A DNA stretch of 62,917 nucleotides, the filler included, from Octopus bimaculoides (taxonomy: Eukaryota), in NCBI RefSeq assembly GCF_001194135.2. It is 3 parts of 3 records of this genome, joined end to end, with 100 filler letters (N's around TTAATTAATTAA, not from the genome) between each part and the next. Parts side by side here need not be neighbours in the genome. Positions count along the whole stretch, not along the records: positions 46,128 to 62,917 come from NC_068984.1; 2 more parts are not named here. One strand, given 5' to 3'. The position numbers and the translations under genes are program-made. The notes below the pieces were generated by a model. It made no database searches. It was not told where the DNA came from and saw nothing but the letters and a program-made list of their open reading frames with translations. This document shows positions 51,169 through 62,917 of the stretch, in pieces (positions within the stretch are counted from its first letter, which is position 1; the number at the start of each line of letters is the position of its first letter).

Positions 51169-52341
51169 CAGTTACTCCATTAAATCAAACAAGATCTGTT
51201 CAGTTTGGCTCACAGATTTTTTAATTAATTTTTTTAAATTAAACAGTTTGAAACTTCGTATACTGGTGTAATTTCTCACGTAGAACAGAGTTTACTTTGA
51301 ACATTTTTGACAAAATTTCGTATTTTAGAAGCTATTTCAAGTTAAAGTTGAATTTGGTTAATTTTAACCAATCAACGACGTGTATTCAGTTGAAAATAGC
51401 TACTGCTGTTTGCGATAGTAATCGAAGAGGAACAACTTCCGGGTCATCTCTACTAAATGTCACCACTCTGTTGTATCTTATTTTTTGGTTACTGCCTGTG
51501 TTGCATATTACGCGCTTTTTTTTTTTTTTGGTTCTCGTGTCGGAGTAACCAGTAAACATCGAAGAATCAACACCAAGAAGGAAAAAATATNNNNNNNNNN
51601 AGTAACCAGTAAACATCGAAGAATCAACACCAAGAAGGAAAAAATATTATTTACATATATTTATTCGTTTGCCCGACATCAGTATTTAAGCCGCAGGGCA
51701 GAATTTGGGGGGAAGATTTTGGTTTTATCTACACATAGGGCGCACCGGTATCTAAAAGACCTACAGAGCAACGGTTCCGCAACTAGCTTTTTTGTAGTTT
51801 CAAAATGCTTTATTTTACAACTTTGAGATGTATTGTTATTGTTATGATTTTATCTTACTATAATCAACAACAAACACATTTCGTCAATATAAAAGTCTTT
51901 ATTAGATTAAAAATAACATTATCAAAACATGAAGGTAAAACAGAACAAATATGCTTTGTTTTCTTCCAGCACCAATGTACTGTAGCCGTAGTCTTTCACC
52001 TTGTTCACCAACCGACCTTTCATCTGAAAAAAATCATTGGAATCATTCAGTCTCCATACACAAATTATTTCTTCGATTACTATCACAAACAGCAGTAGCT
52101 TTCTTTAACTGAATACACATCGTTGGTTGGTTAAAATTACCCAAGTACGACAACTTTAACACGAAATAACTTCTAAAATACGAAATGAAATTCTATCAAA
52201 AATGTTCAGACTAAACCGTGTTCTGCCTGAGAAATTACACCAGTATACGCCGTTTCAAACTGTTTAGTTAAAAAAATATTAACTAAAAAATCTGTGAGTC
52301 AAACTGAACAGATCCACGTAGGGTTATAAAAGTAGTAACTG
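51169..52341. mobile_element. Non-autonomous element with ~260-bp terminal inverted repeats
   Basis: 51169-51430 is the diverged reverse complement of ~52068-52341; both ends start CAGTTACT; TA on the right, TG on the left. Confidence 0.8.
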
Positions 52342-52958
52342 TAATTAAATTTAAATGTAAACAGGCTTATTATTTCACTTATAAAAATAGGAAGTAAAAA
52401 CAATTTTTGAGAATCAAAGCTTCGGTTTAATCGTCTAATGTAGCCAAGCTATTTCTTTATTCCTTTTTCGTCATCTTATCAAGTTAAAAAAAATGTTTTA
52501 AACGTAAGTAACCCAGATTATGAGTAAGAAACGCAACTGAATGGAAGTGGTGCAGCATGGAAATGAAACTAAGTATTACAAAAATTATTGCTGCTCATCA
52601 GTAATGGTCATCACATTAATATATAATGTATGCAATCTACAGTTATTCTTATTTTGATAATATTAATGAACAATATTTGCTATTTTGATTATACTAATTT
52701 TCATCATTTTAATAAAAAATGTACCTTGAAGAAAATTTAAGAAAATTTTGAAAATTTTCCTGTGCATATATCTCAAAAAATACTACCGAAGCCATGTAGT
52801 CTAAGAAATATTTCTTTTGCTGGTGTTGTATTCCATTGCAGCAAACTTGTCCCGATGTACTTTCTGGTTGGACTTGTGAAAATTATTGTTTTCGTGTTTA
52901 AGCTGAATAAATTGTTATAACGAGAAACAATTGCTGAGAATCAAATCTTTCTATACAG

Positions 52959-53067
52959 TTCGTATGTCGGCTTCAGTATTGGAAGTACGCGGATTTACAC
53001 GTGACCGCTTTTAATGCAAATGATGTGCGCCATCTTTCACGCATGACATGCAACATAAAGCAGCGAA
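52959..53067 (+). CDS. Candidate internal exon (FVCRLQYWKYADLHVTAFNANDVRHLSRMTCNIKQR)
   Basis: atctttctatacag acceptor, GAA|GTAAGT donor, only frame 0 open; phase 0 to 1 fits both the 25150 donor and the 53930 acceptor. Confidence 0.55.
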
Positions 53068-53929
53068 GTAAGTGACTGAGAGAATTGAAAACTGGCCTGT
53101 CGCCAGACTTTGGTGCATGCGGGTGCTTCAGAATATTCTGGGTGGGCACTAATTTGTAATAATGCTAAAGTAGAGTTTCGAAATAAGTGTATCGCTGTAA
53201 ATCTGAAGGTGCACCATTGAATAGTGAGAGGGCAGTGCCGTCCAATTCACCCACTTAGCGAGAGTTATGATTGAAAGGGAGATTGACAAATTACGTTGGC
53301 TAATAAAATTAAACATGTTTGATCAAACTAGCATGGTTTTAGACTTTTTAAGCTTGTCCAACAACATGGCGAAGAAAGGTGAATTACTTTGATACGAACT
53401 ATTTTGTCCTTTCATCTATGGAAAGTGGGGTGCGAGTTGGTTTATGTTACTTGAAGAACCACGACCGGAAGTGATAATAGTTTCCTAATATAACCGAATA
53501 GATTTACGGAGCTCCACTCCTGTATTATCGTTTCACTCCTCGCTCCTGCCCTCCCACCTTCATGGTTACTTCATAATGATATAATTTTGCTCGCCATCCT
53601 TTCATACATCTTAACGCTTCCCTACCTCGAAGAGTACAGTTATGAACTCCTTTAGGAACCACTGGCTTAGAGGCTTCCTCGTCTTGTGCATCTTATGTTT
53701 TAATATTTGAAGTCGTCACTATAATATCTCTGCTAAATTAAGCCACATTCTTACAAAATTGACTTCCTTATTATTAGAATATGATAATGACGTTCAATGT
53801 TAGTTCTCATTAATGATGTTAATTTTCCTCATTAATTCTTGTGAAATTTGATGTAGTTTCATGCATTTAAGAAATTATTTCTATGAATTCTCTAATAGTT
53901 TTTGTCGTTGTCTTCATTGTTACTTTCAG

Positions 53930-54636
53930 ACTCCAGTAACAAGATGGCGAAATCGTTGACAGACAATGAATTATCAAACGTAAAATCCCCAAACATGCTG
54001 ATAGCCGAAGAGGGATCATCGAATCATATATTCGATTCTTCTCGAATTAATGCTCGGAAGCTTTTGGAAGTGAGTACTGAACCCTCATCAACAGACGCGC
54101 CTGAAGGAGATCTCACTTTGGGTGATAAAATTGCAAATTTTTACGCCGATGACAATAATATGGCTCTTTATTGTGTATTGCCATTATTGATTCTTGTTTA
54201 TGGTGGCTGCTCTGTTATATACTGCGTTCATAAATGTAGGAGGCATTTCAGAAAGAAAAATCGAACCGCAAGCACTAACCAATTATTAGGTGGAGATAAT
54301 GTTTCTCTTATATCTGACGGTGGTGTTAACGGTCCTGCACCTAAGAAACGAAGACCAATATCTGCTCGTAGCAATCGTATAGCACCTGAACCAGAGATTA
54401 AACCAGAAACTGTTCATCCAAAGATCAAAATGTCTCCTAACGAACAAGTAAGAGATTTGCTCACCGACTACGAATTCTTTACATCATGGGTGATTGCACA
54501 GAAAACTGCAGATCTTCTCAAGTTGCACGGAGGAAAAAACCCTGGTTCTTCTATTAGTCCAACAGATTCAAATATTTCTCGAAGCTATGGAAGTGCAGTT
54601 GGAGGCAAAAAAAAGAAACTGGTATTTTTGTCCTAA
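53930..54636 (+). CDS. Terminal coding exon of an uncharacterised single-pass membrane protein
   Basis: ttactttcag acceptor at 53928-53929; ~235 open codons in non-repeat sequence; hydrophobic MALYCVLPLLILVYGGCSVIYCV (~54160-54228) followed by basic HKCRRHFRKKNR; TAA at 54634-54636. Confidence 0.85.
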
Positions 54637-54950
54637 CTGATATATATATATACACATATTGTGTGTGCTGTATGCTCATATTGATATTTATTCTCTTTTA
54701 AATATTCTCTTCAATATTCAGTCAACATTCACATAAAACGATCACCACTTTCTTTCTAATACATAATAGCAACGTTCATTTGTTTGTGTAATTAATGATA
54801 TTAAATGATATATCATCACCTACATTACTGTATCTATTTCGTTTTTCTTCTTTCATTCATCAAATTTTAGATATACAACATATAATTGGCAGACAGGTAG
54901 AATCGTCAAATACAATCAACTTCACGTTTTCTTCTTCAGGATGTCGGCAA

Positions 54951-54956
54951 AATAAA
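54951..54956 (+). terminator. Possible polyadenylation signal AATAAA
   Basis: AATAAA ~315 nt after the stop codon; common by chance in AT-rich DNA. Confidence 0.25.
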
Positions 54957-55155
54957 TACTAATAGAGTACTAAGATTGATAATATCGATTTTATTCTACA
55001 AATTTAAAGTCGTATGCAAATGTTAGAAATCAATATTATATAATATATGCTTCTGGAACGGTATTTACATAGACCTGCATATATGTTACAATTGCATATT
55101 AATCGTGTGTGTGCGTGTGTGTCTGTGTGTGCGTGCGTGCGCGCGCGTGTATGTG

Positions 55156-55312
55156 CAGGGCCGGTCCCAGGAATTTTTCGAAGGGAGGGCACAAAGTCAG
55201 AATGGAATACAATTCCCGGAGAAAAGGACACAATAACATTATTTAGAAGGGTGCACTTCTTTTCTTGAGGAGGGAATGTACTCCTCAGTCCCTCCTCCTG
55301 GGTCCGCCCCTG
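55156..55312. mobile_element. 157-bp MITE (Harbinger- or hAT-like) inserted in a (GT)n tract
   Basis: TIRs CAGGGCCGGTCCCAGGA / TCCTGGGTCCGCCCCTG (15/17 match). Confidence 0.75.
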
Positions 55313-55920
55313 GTGTGTGTGTGTGTACAAAACAGGGACAAATTAAACTTGTAGAAGACATGTAGCATATGTTACAAAAATAGGCTTTAAATCAAAAGAT
55401 GATTTTTAAATTAAAAATCCAGCTATTTTATCGAATTATCACTTTTATGGTGCGACAATTGCATATAGACCAGCGAATACGGGTATGTAGTCAAAATGAA
55501 TATTAACTTATCACTTTATTATTTTACCTAAAACTTGATATTTACCAGCTAATCTACGTGTTTCAGACACTCAAGTGGTTAATCTTTCAAGACTACGGCT
55601 TAGGCTCGCTAAATTAGGACCGAACTAGAATGGATTGATCCTTCCCCTATAGTTTCTAATTTTGTTCTAAACCAAACTTAAAGATACAAAGCTAGATTGC
55701 TGCATTATGTGAGTTCACTAATGTATAGCATTGTTACTTTAAGCCATTAAGATATACTAGTTAAATATTCTCTCCTGATCACAATCCTAAAGTAATTAAA
55801 AAATGCTTTTGTCTTAATTTGCATTTGTTATTTGTGTATAATCTTAAAGTAGAAACTGTACACAATGAAACCTTCCTTGCTTATGGTGCTGGAGAGCAGT
55901 AGAGTTTCTCTTTCTCATCT

Positions 55921-55995
<75 letters not shown>

Positions 55996-56163
55996 TTATA
56001 TGTCTGTGTATATGTATGTATGTATATGTGCATGTATGTATATATATATATACCGGAGTAAGCACATTTCTAACTAAACTGTCCGATGAACGGGAACGTG
56101 AAACTCCGGGTAACAGTTTTTTGTTATATTTCTGCTGCTTTTAAATAAAGTATATATATATAT

Positions 56164-56194
<31 letters not shown>

Positions 56195-57585
56195 TACATG
56201 AGGATATATAAACCTCAGAGGGAGAGAAATATCCAAGACTAGACTGGTTGAATACCTTATAATACAGGCACACACATATATACATTATTATTATTATTAA
56301 GTTATGAGCTTGAATATCTATGCTGAAATAATTGCTTTATAATCTTTCTTCACAGTTCCATTGAAGATTGTAATTTATATTTTCTAAGTTGTCCTCACAT
56401 CTATTTGGTGACATTGCGTGTGTGTAAAGAAAAATATCCTGAGATTCTAATAAAAGAAAAAAAAAGTGCATCACTCCTAGACATTCGTAGATTGTTTGTG
56501 TTCATTACCAGGTATCACGTTATAAAATAATCAGGATTACAATTGCTTAAATTGTATAAAATAATAGATGTAAACGAATCATAAGAACCGTCGATAACTT
56601 TAATTCAATCTATTAAAGAAGTATTGCTGCAAACATTTCTTATTATCTTCATAAATTATCATGAATTATTCATTTCTATTATTTGGTTAAAACGTGGGTG
56701 ACACTTTTGTATATGGTAGAACCAAAATTTTTCAGTTCAAGCGGATCCTGTGAAAACTGTATTCAATACCATGTAATGCCAAAATACGTGCAAAAACAGT
56801 TAATAAGGAATTTTTGTTGCAGTGTTTATGCAACGAACTAAAACTGAGAATCAGAACATCTGTTAACAGAAGTTAATTCATATGAACCAAGCCTTCGTTT
56901 ATAGCAGAATCAAGGTTCCTTTAGCACTATTAAATATGAACTTCATATTTAATGTTATAAGATGAAAATGATTGATAACTAACATATCTTGTGTATTAAT
57001 TATTTTCTTTTCACTGTTGATGTACAAGTAATGAAAAGAAAAACGAGTCCGAACATGTTTGTAGAAATTCAAGAAACATTGGACGCTCTCTCTAAAGTAT
57101 AAAACGTGTGGAACAAGTATGACAGACTGGAGTTTCGAATTATGGTTTAATTTCCGGTCCAGAAAAAAAAAGAGCCTCATTAAATCAAACATGCGACAAG
57201 GATGAATTTCCCTATTCATTATCAACTTTATTTCAGAAATGGTGGTAGAAGAATGGATATCATGTTTACAAATTTAATTAAAAAATTGTATCACAAAAAA
57301 AACGAAAGAAAAATGTTGACCTTTCCAATGGCCATGAAGAGTACTTCAGTTGGGTAGAAGAAGAATTCTTCCTAACTTGATGTGGGCTCATTTTCATTGA
57401 AGACTGAACTTTTCCTCACCTAAAAGGTGCTCCTCTTTGCGAAAGATAGGCATTTTTTTTCTTTTTTTCATAGGTGACTGTCTCCTCACTAAGCGTTTCA
57501 TCTTTATGTGTAATGTACTCCTACTAACGTTATTTTATTTCCTTTTTCAACTGCTTCTTCTTTCGAATCTTTTTTTTTTCTTAAG

Positions 57586-57749
57586 AAGAATGTCAATCCG
57601 CTACGGCTTCCGCCTGTCCCCATCCTCATTGGTGAACGGTGTGGTATTGCTGTTGTAGCGACCGTGCGACCAGGAGATGGTGACGAAGGAATGGCTCCTT
57701 TAGCGCATCGCACAATCGGAACAAATATAAAAACAAATGATGGAATGAG
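57586..57749 (+). CDS. Candidate exon of an unidentified gene (KNVNPLRLPPVPILIGERCGIAVVATVRPGDGDEGMAPLAHRTIGTNIKTNDGM)
   Basis: GC-rich island, long pyrimidine tract plus ttaag acceptor, GAG|GTAAAA donor. Minus-strand frames are also open, so the strand is uncertain. Confidence 0.3.
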
Positions 57750-57801
57750 GTAAAATGAATTAAGTGCCAACAAGAAAAGAGAGAGACTCAACCGGTAACA
57801 A

Positions 57802-58419
57802 TGTATAAAAATAAGGTTCTATTGGTTATCAACTAGAATGTTTGTGTGTGAGTGAATGCGATATAATAAAACACAATATAAGACAGGCTGTTGTGTAAAC
57901 AAAGTGTGTGTGTATACAAATATGTATATGTGAATGCAAGAGATACAGAGCATAGAAAACAGTCTATAAATAAGGACGTTAGGAGAAAGTCCAGACACAA
58001 GGATAAGAAATACCAGTTCGTATTCATGGTACACAGTGGTAGAGGTGCTGTACAAGAAGTCGTCGCCGTATAGCAGAGCCGGAGAAAAGATACTGTCGCT
58101 CGAGAAGTTGAGGCTACGATACTGCGACCGGTTACTTGGTACAGGAGGTCTCGCAGTTTGTACTCGCTGTTATTCATGGTGAAGCAATTCACACAAACAG
58201 TGTTGAGAGCACCTGTGTGGGTGCTGTTGGTGGTGTGTACGTAGAGACGTCGGTGTGTACGCTGACGACGAAGAAGCTGATGGTGGCGTCGAAGATGGAG
58301 TTTGCAGCAAGGTGTTGAATGAGTTGTTGGATCTCCATGAAACTGTGTCGAGTCGTCGCTGGAACTAGCTGGTGCTCTGTGGTCAGCGGCTAGACCTCAG
58401 AAGGTCTAAAGTCGCGACA
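57802..58419. mobile_element. Solo-LTR-like segment (618 bp)
   Basis: TGT...ACA termini, GC-richer than the flanks, no coding match; no clean TSD (aacaa versus aactt). Confidence 0.4.
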
Positions 58420-59319
58420 AACTTTAGCAGCCAAATCTTTAGAGATGAGATAGTCGAATGCACTCGAAAAAATTTTTGTAATGCTATTCCTTTGGTGCAA
58501 TCTTTCGCTTTGACTCTCAGAATTGTTATGCAGATCAGCTGGTTTTGTTCGTTAATTTCCGTNNNNNNNNNNNNNNNNNNNNNNNNNNNNNNNNNNNNNN
58601 NNNNNNNNNNNNNNNNNNNNNNNNNNNNNNNNNNNNNNNNNNNNNNNNNNNNNNNNNNNNNNNNNNNNNNNNNNNNNNNNNNNNNNNNNNNNNNNNNNNN
58701 NNNNNNNNNNNNNNNNNNCACTTTCTCCTCTCTTACACTTTAAAACAAAAATAAATAAATAAAAAAAATTACGGAAATTAACAACTTGAAAATAATAATA
58801 AAAAAAAAACATTAAAATATTGTCTGTTTAAAGAAAGCTAAAATATAAATACTTACTGTACAAACAACTTACATTTTTGAAATCCCATTCAGTTTTAAAT
58901 ATTTCTAAATGATTAAAATATTGTGTACGTCAAAAAGTCGACGTTTTTTTTTTCTTAGAGAGTGTGGTGACTATGTGTGTGTATACGTCACAGATAGCGG
59001 ACGTGTGTTTGTGTTGGTTGACACGCCGTGACATTCATTATATGTGTATGTATTCTGTATGTGTGTATGTGTGTTAACACCACGAAGCCATGTTTATTTT
59101 TCCCGTCAAGAAATAACAAACAAAAATTGTGTTTACTCGTTTTCATTAATAAATAGATGTCCAAATGTTACAAAAAATTGTACTGGACTGCCGAAGGTAA
59201 GTATGAAAATAAATATGCAAAAAAAAAAAGAAGATAAAATATACTATTTCTGAGATATTTCAGGTACAAACAAACATCTCTAGAGTTTTAGTATTATTAA
59301 GATTGCATTTCTAAATTTA

Positions 59320-59990
59320 TTGGCGAATCAATAAAGGGGAACCTGCTGAGCTGAAGAAACGTTCCAAGATGTTGGACGTTGGTAACAAAAATCTACAATT
59401 CAGATATTGTTGAGGTGAAATTTTATCTTTTTTGTATTTTTTCAAACAAATTGAAGCAAAATCATCATCTTCTACAGGTAAATCAGACTGTTGTGACGTG
59501 TCTGTCACTACTTTCAGCTGATGTAGAGCAACCACTTTATCCGCAGTTAGTTTTGCTTCTGCAAGTTGTAAAATTTTGACAACGCCACTTTCAAAATTTG
59601 GGCTGTGCACAATGGCTGCCGATGGAAGCAAATATCTTTTTTAACTCCTCGTAAGGATACAATGCGAGAATTTCGTCAAAAAGAATTCGAGCATCTCCCA
59701 AATATATTTCTGTTCTTTACAAGGCGACTGTTACTGAGTGTAACTTTCCTAAATTGTCTTTTAAAGTCTGCAGATCATTATGATCTCATAGAGTCAACAG
59801 ATAATCAACCAGCTTTGGATCGCCTTGAAAAGAGTGTAAAAATGGCTTGAGTTAGATGTACCTCACAATTATGTCATAAGTACTGGACCAACGGGTTTTA
59901 TTTCTTTGTATAGGTTGCAAAGGCCTTTTTTCCCGAAGTTTACCCGCAAATTTTGATGATTTTAGCTTGTCTATCAACATATTAATTTTA
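59320..59990 (-). mobile_element. hAT transposase remnant
   Basis: NKTRWSSTY...ARILFDEIL...AAIVHSPNFESGVVKI...RFLLPTSNILERFFSSAG: the TRW and hATC-type PTS..ER.FS motifs; contains stops. Confidence 0.8.
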
Positions 59991-60049
59991 TCAACCAACT
60001 GCCTTGAGGACTACCACTAGGTGTAGATGGTCGACCCTATAGGAAGCTT

Positions 60050-60800
60050 TAGACTGATCAGGGCCCCACCTGTGCCAGGTTCTTCAGCCACTTTCTCAAT
60101 AATGTATCGCGTGAGGTGGAGGTTGTTGGTGATGGATCTTTTAGGGATGGCACATGTCTGTGCCTCCCTTACCAGATCCCGACAAAAAGCGCCAATCTCG
60201 TGACTAACGCCTTGGCCAAAATTTTAAACTCTGCATTCAGCAGAGTTATGGGCCCAAAGTGTCAATACAATCCCCCTTATTCAAGTCTTTTCTCAGCAAC
60301 GCCACCGCTCCTCGGTTCACAAAACTGGTAATTTTCCCCTTTTTGTTGCCAGTTGCAGCAAACGTTTGCTAAGAGGTCGCCGAACAAGTCAGGCATGTAA
60401 GCGTAAAGATCGTAGGACAGACCATCCAAACCAGGCGATTTACCCCTCGTGCAGCTAGCCATTGCCTCTCGTATTGCAAAGGCTATCATCGGCCTTTCGC
60501 AGCGCTCCATACGTCGAGGTAAGACGTGAAATCCACCTTGCAACCCGGCTAACCGTTGTTCCCAAACAGTTGAGCGAAGCGCCGCTGAAAGGCCGCACAC
60601 ATCTATCTCAGATAAGTTATCATTTGCCCTTCGTGGTCAGGCAGATTTTTCCGAACCATCACGGTGACTTCACCTCCCGCTCCCGGACGATTTGGAGATG
60701 TGTACACCTCCTGGTCACCGAAAATAGGTCAGAAATCTTGTGAGTCGAAAATTCTAGTCTAACTAATGGCCACCTCGTCGACATTCAATTCTTTGAGGTC
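60050..60800 (-). mobile_element. L1/Tx1-type LINE ORF2 fragment
   Basis: GKSPGLDGLSYDLY, PITLLNAEFKILAKAL, QTCAIPKRSITNNLHLTR, ALISL; frameshifted. Confidence 0.88.
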
Positions 60801-62651
60801 GTTGAGCAGATGACCCCGTATCCAAGGCGACCTCAAGCCACTTACGCTGCATATTCTGTACATAACCATGTTGTCGGGAAAAGAAAAGGAAAACTTACTT
60901 AATAACAGTAACAGCAATAATAATGATTTCTTTGTCAACCATGAAGGTTTACAAAACGAGATGGCAGACGATACAATATATGACGTGTGGTTGTATGAAG
61001 GTGTGTAAACAGTGACTCACAAATTACAAAGAAACAAAATAATTCAAGCTAGAAAAAAAAAAAATCCTCAGAAGAAGGGAAATTTTCGAGGATTGTTCGT
61101 GGGAGCCCACTCTGACAATTAAAGCAAATGCCCTCTCTCCATCCACCTTTCTCAATCTACAGGCGAATGCTTAGAGCGGGCCCGTTCACTCAGACCATCA
61201 TTGCCACATCCACCCACCTTTTAGATTAGATGAATAAGTTTGTACCTCACGATACACACCACCGAAAACCTACTGTTCCCGTAACAATGGTTTTTTTTCC
61301 GCACCACTCACTAATGAATCGTATCTGGAAAACGCGAATCAGTTTGATTTTTCTATTTTGGAAAACTACCAACATTTCTAGGCTTTTACGCAAACAGCCT
61401 GGATATATGAACTGTAGGTTTCTCATTGAGATTAATAATGCTCTCCTTTTCCTTCCGAAATAACCGGGTGGTTGATCTTTACAACAGTGCATGACTTTTG
61501 CATCTTACCACATGGTTCCAGTTTCAGTCCCACTGCATAGCACTTTGGGCAGGGACAACAAAATCCTTGTGAGAAGGTTTAGTAGACGGAAACTAAAAGA
61601 AGCCGGTCGAACATGCGCGCACACACACACGTATGTGTCTGTGTGCTTGTAATTGTCCCCACCACCACTTCTCAACCGGTATTGGTCTGTTTACGTCCCC
61701 GTAACTTAGCGGTTCGGTATAAGAAGCCAATAAAATAAGTAACAAGCTTATTGTAATTGATTGAAATAAGTAAAAGATAAAAGATAGACAAAGTTTTGCG
61801 TGTCTTTTACATACAGTGTAGGCTAAAATTTATAGATATATTCCATAGTACGGTACGGCATTGCACAGTCTGAAATTTATTTGGGAAACTTAATTACTTT
61901 CAGTTTGAGTTTCACATATTGAATTCTGTTTTTTGTTTGTTTTTCTGTGATATGATATTGGAATAGATTTACAGTTTATAAACTGATGAAGAACTACGAT
62001 TACATTTTTATCGACTAACGATGGATGTAAACATAAAATGTAATGACCAATTGCGCTATCTTTCTATCGCATCTCAATTGCTTTACTTAATGTTAAATTA
62101 ACCTATCATTGCAAAGTTTAGCCACGCATCAACTTACTGATGCATTTTTTATATCAGCTAATCTTTGGAATGATTTCGTTGGGGATGGGGAACGAAGTTT
62201 AACCGAAACGTTACAGAACAACAGGACGACTAAAAACGAATAGAGTATATGCTTGTCCACATTTCTTCAAGAATAAACAGATGTGTTCTACATCGTAAAT
62301 AAGAAGTTAAATATTAAATCTTGGAACATGTTACATACTGTATCTCGTTGTTATATAAATGTTAATATCACGATAGTGCTTGATATCATGAGATAAAAAT
62401 AATTAAAACATTATAAACAGTAAAGCATCTAAATATACTGAAAATAACACATCTTAAATGTACTGGTGTTAAAATATCTTTATAAGACTCTAGGCCTCGA
62501 GACCTCAAAGTTTCCTCTTTTTTGTTATACATAAAATTTTCAGCCTCCAAAACCTTGAGTCTCATACGGATATTTATTTTAATCATCTATACATATGTAC
62601 AGATTATGTTGCTCCCAGTAGCAAAGGACAAAATGAAAGTGAAAAAAATTC

Positions 62652-62805
62652 GTGTGGCTGTGTGGTAAGTAGCTTGCTTATCAACCACATGGTTTCGAGT
62701 TCAGTTCCACTGCGTGGCACTTTGGGCAAGTGTCTTCTACTATAGCCTCGGGCCAACCAAAGCCTTGTGAGTGGATTTGGTAGACGGAAACTGAAAGAAG
62801 CCCGT

Positions 62806-62856
<51 letters not shown>

Positions 62857-62917
62857 TTGTGTCTGTGTTTGTCCCCCCACCATCGCTTGATAACCGATGC
62901 TGGTGTTTACGTCCCCG
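62652..62917 (+). mobile_element. Family C SINE running off the window end
   Basis: GTGGCTGTGTGGTAAGTAGCTTGCTT head, GGTTTCGAGTTCAGTTCCACTGCG, internal (TA)n/(TG)n. Confidence 0.88.

Noticed and set aside
51544-51647. 47-bp direct repeat around a 10-N gap
   Set aside because: Identical sequence on both sides of a minimal gap indicates an unmerged contig overlap.
62386-62586. 66-aa minus-strand ORF (MIKINIRMRLKVLEAENF...)
   Set aside because: No family match and no good donor; unsupported without expression data.

Overview
This is eukaryotic, AT-rich, repeat-dense DNA, and roughly a tenth of it is N gaps. The SINE families, the very dense (TA)n/(TG)n/(TATG)n/(GATA)n microsatellites and the gap style suggest an octopus (coleoid cephalopod) draft genome; that assignment is inferred from repeat style, not from a search. 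Nearly all ORFs in the track are artefacts of microsatellites or gaps. The one solid host coding feature is the + strand terminal exon 53930-54636, encoding a single-pass membrane protein with no family I recognise. It can be joined in frame to candidate exons 52959-53067, 25053-25150 and, weakly, 24821-24857, giving a ~316-aa protein with a signal peptide and a Cys-rich N-terminus. A possible antisense exon pair lies at 30246-31021. The rest is transposon debris: mariner/Tc1, a 3.6-kb pogo-type element, hAT, MITEs, CR1- and L1/Tx1-type LINEs, Penelope-like elements, and several tRNA-derived SINE families. The most interesting non-coding signal is a set of minimal hammerhead-ribozyme-like folds in the Penelope-like repeats, most carrying U at core position 6. 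One near-perfect 192-bp inverted pair of these repeats (45187-45917) encloses a hammerhead fold from a different family. I found no CRISPR array, rRNA or true tRNA gene. Repeat boundaries are approximate unless a TIR or TSD is quoted, and the exon joins are unverified predictions.
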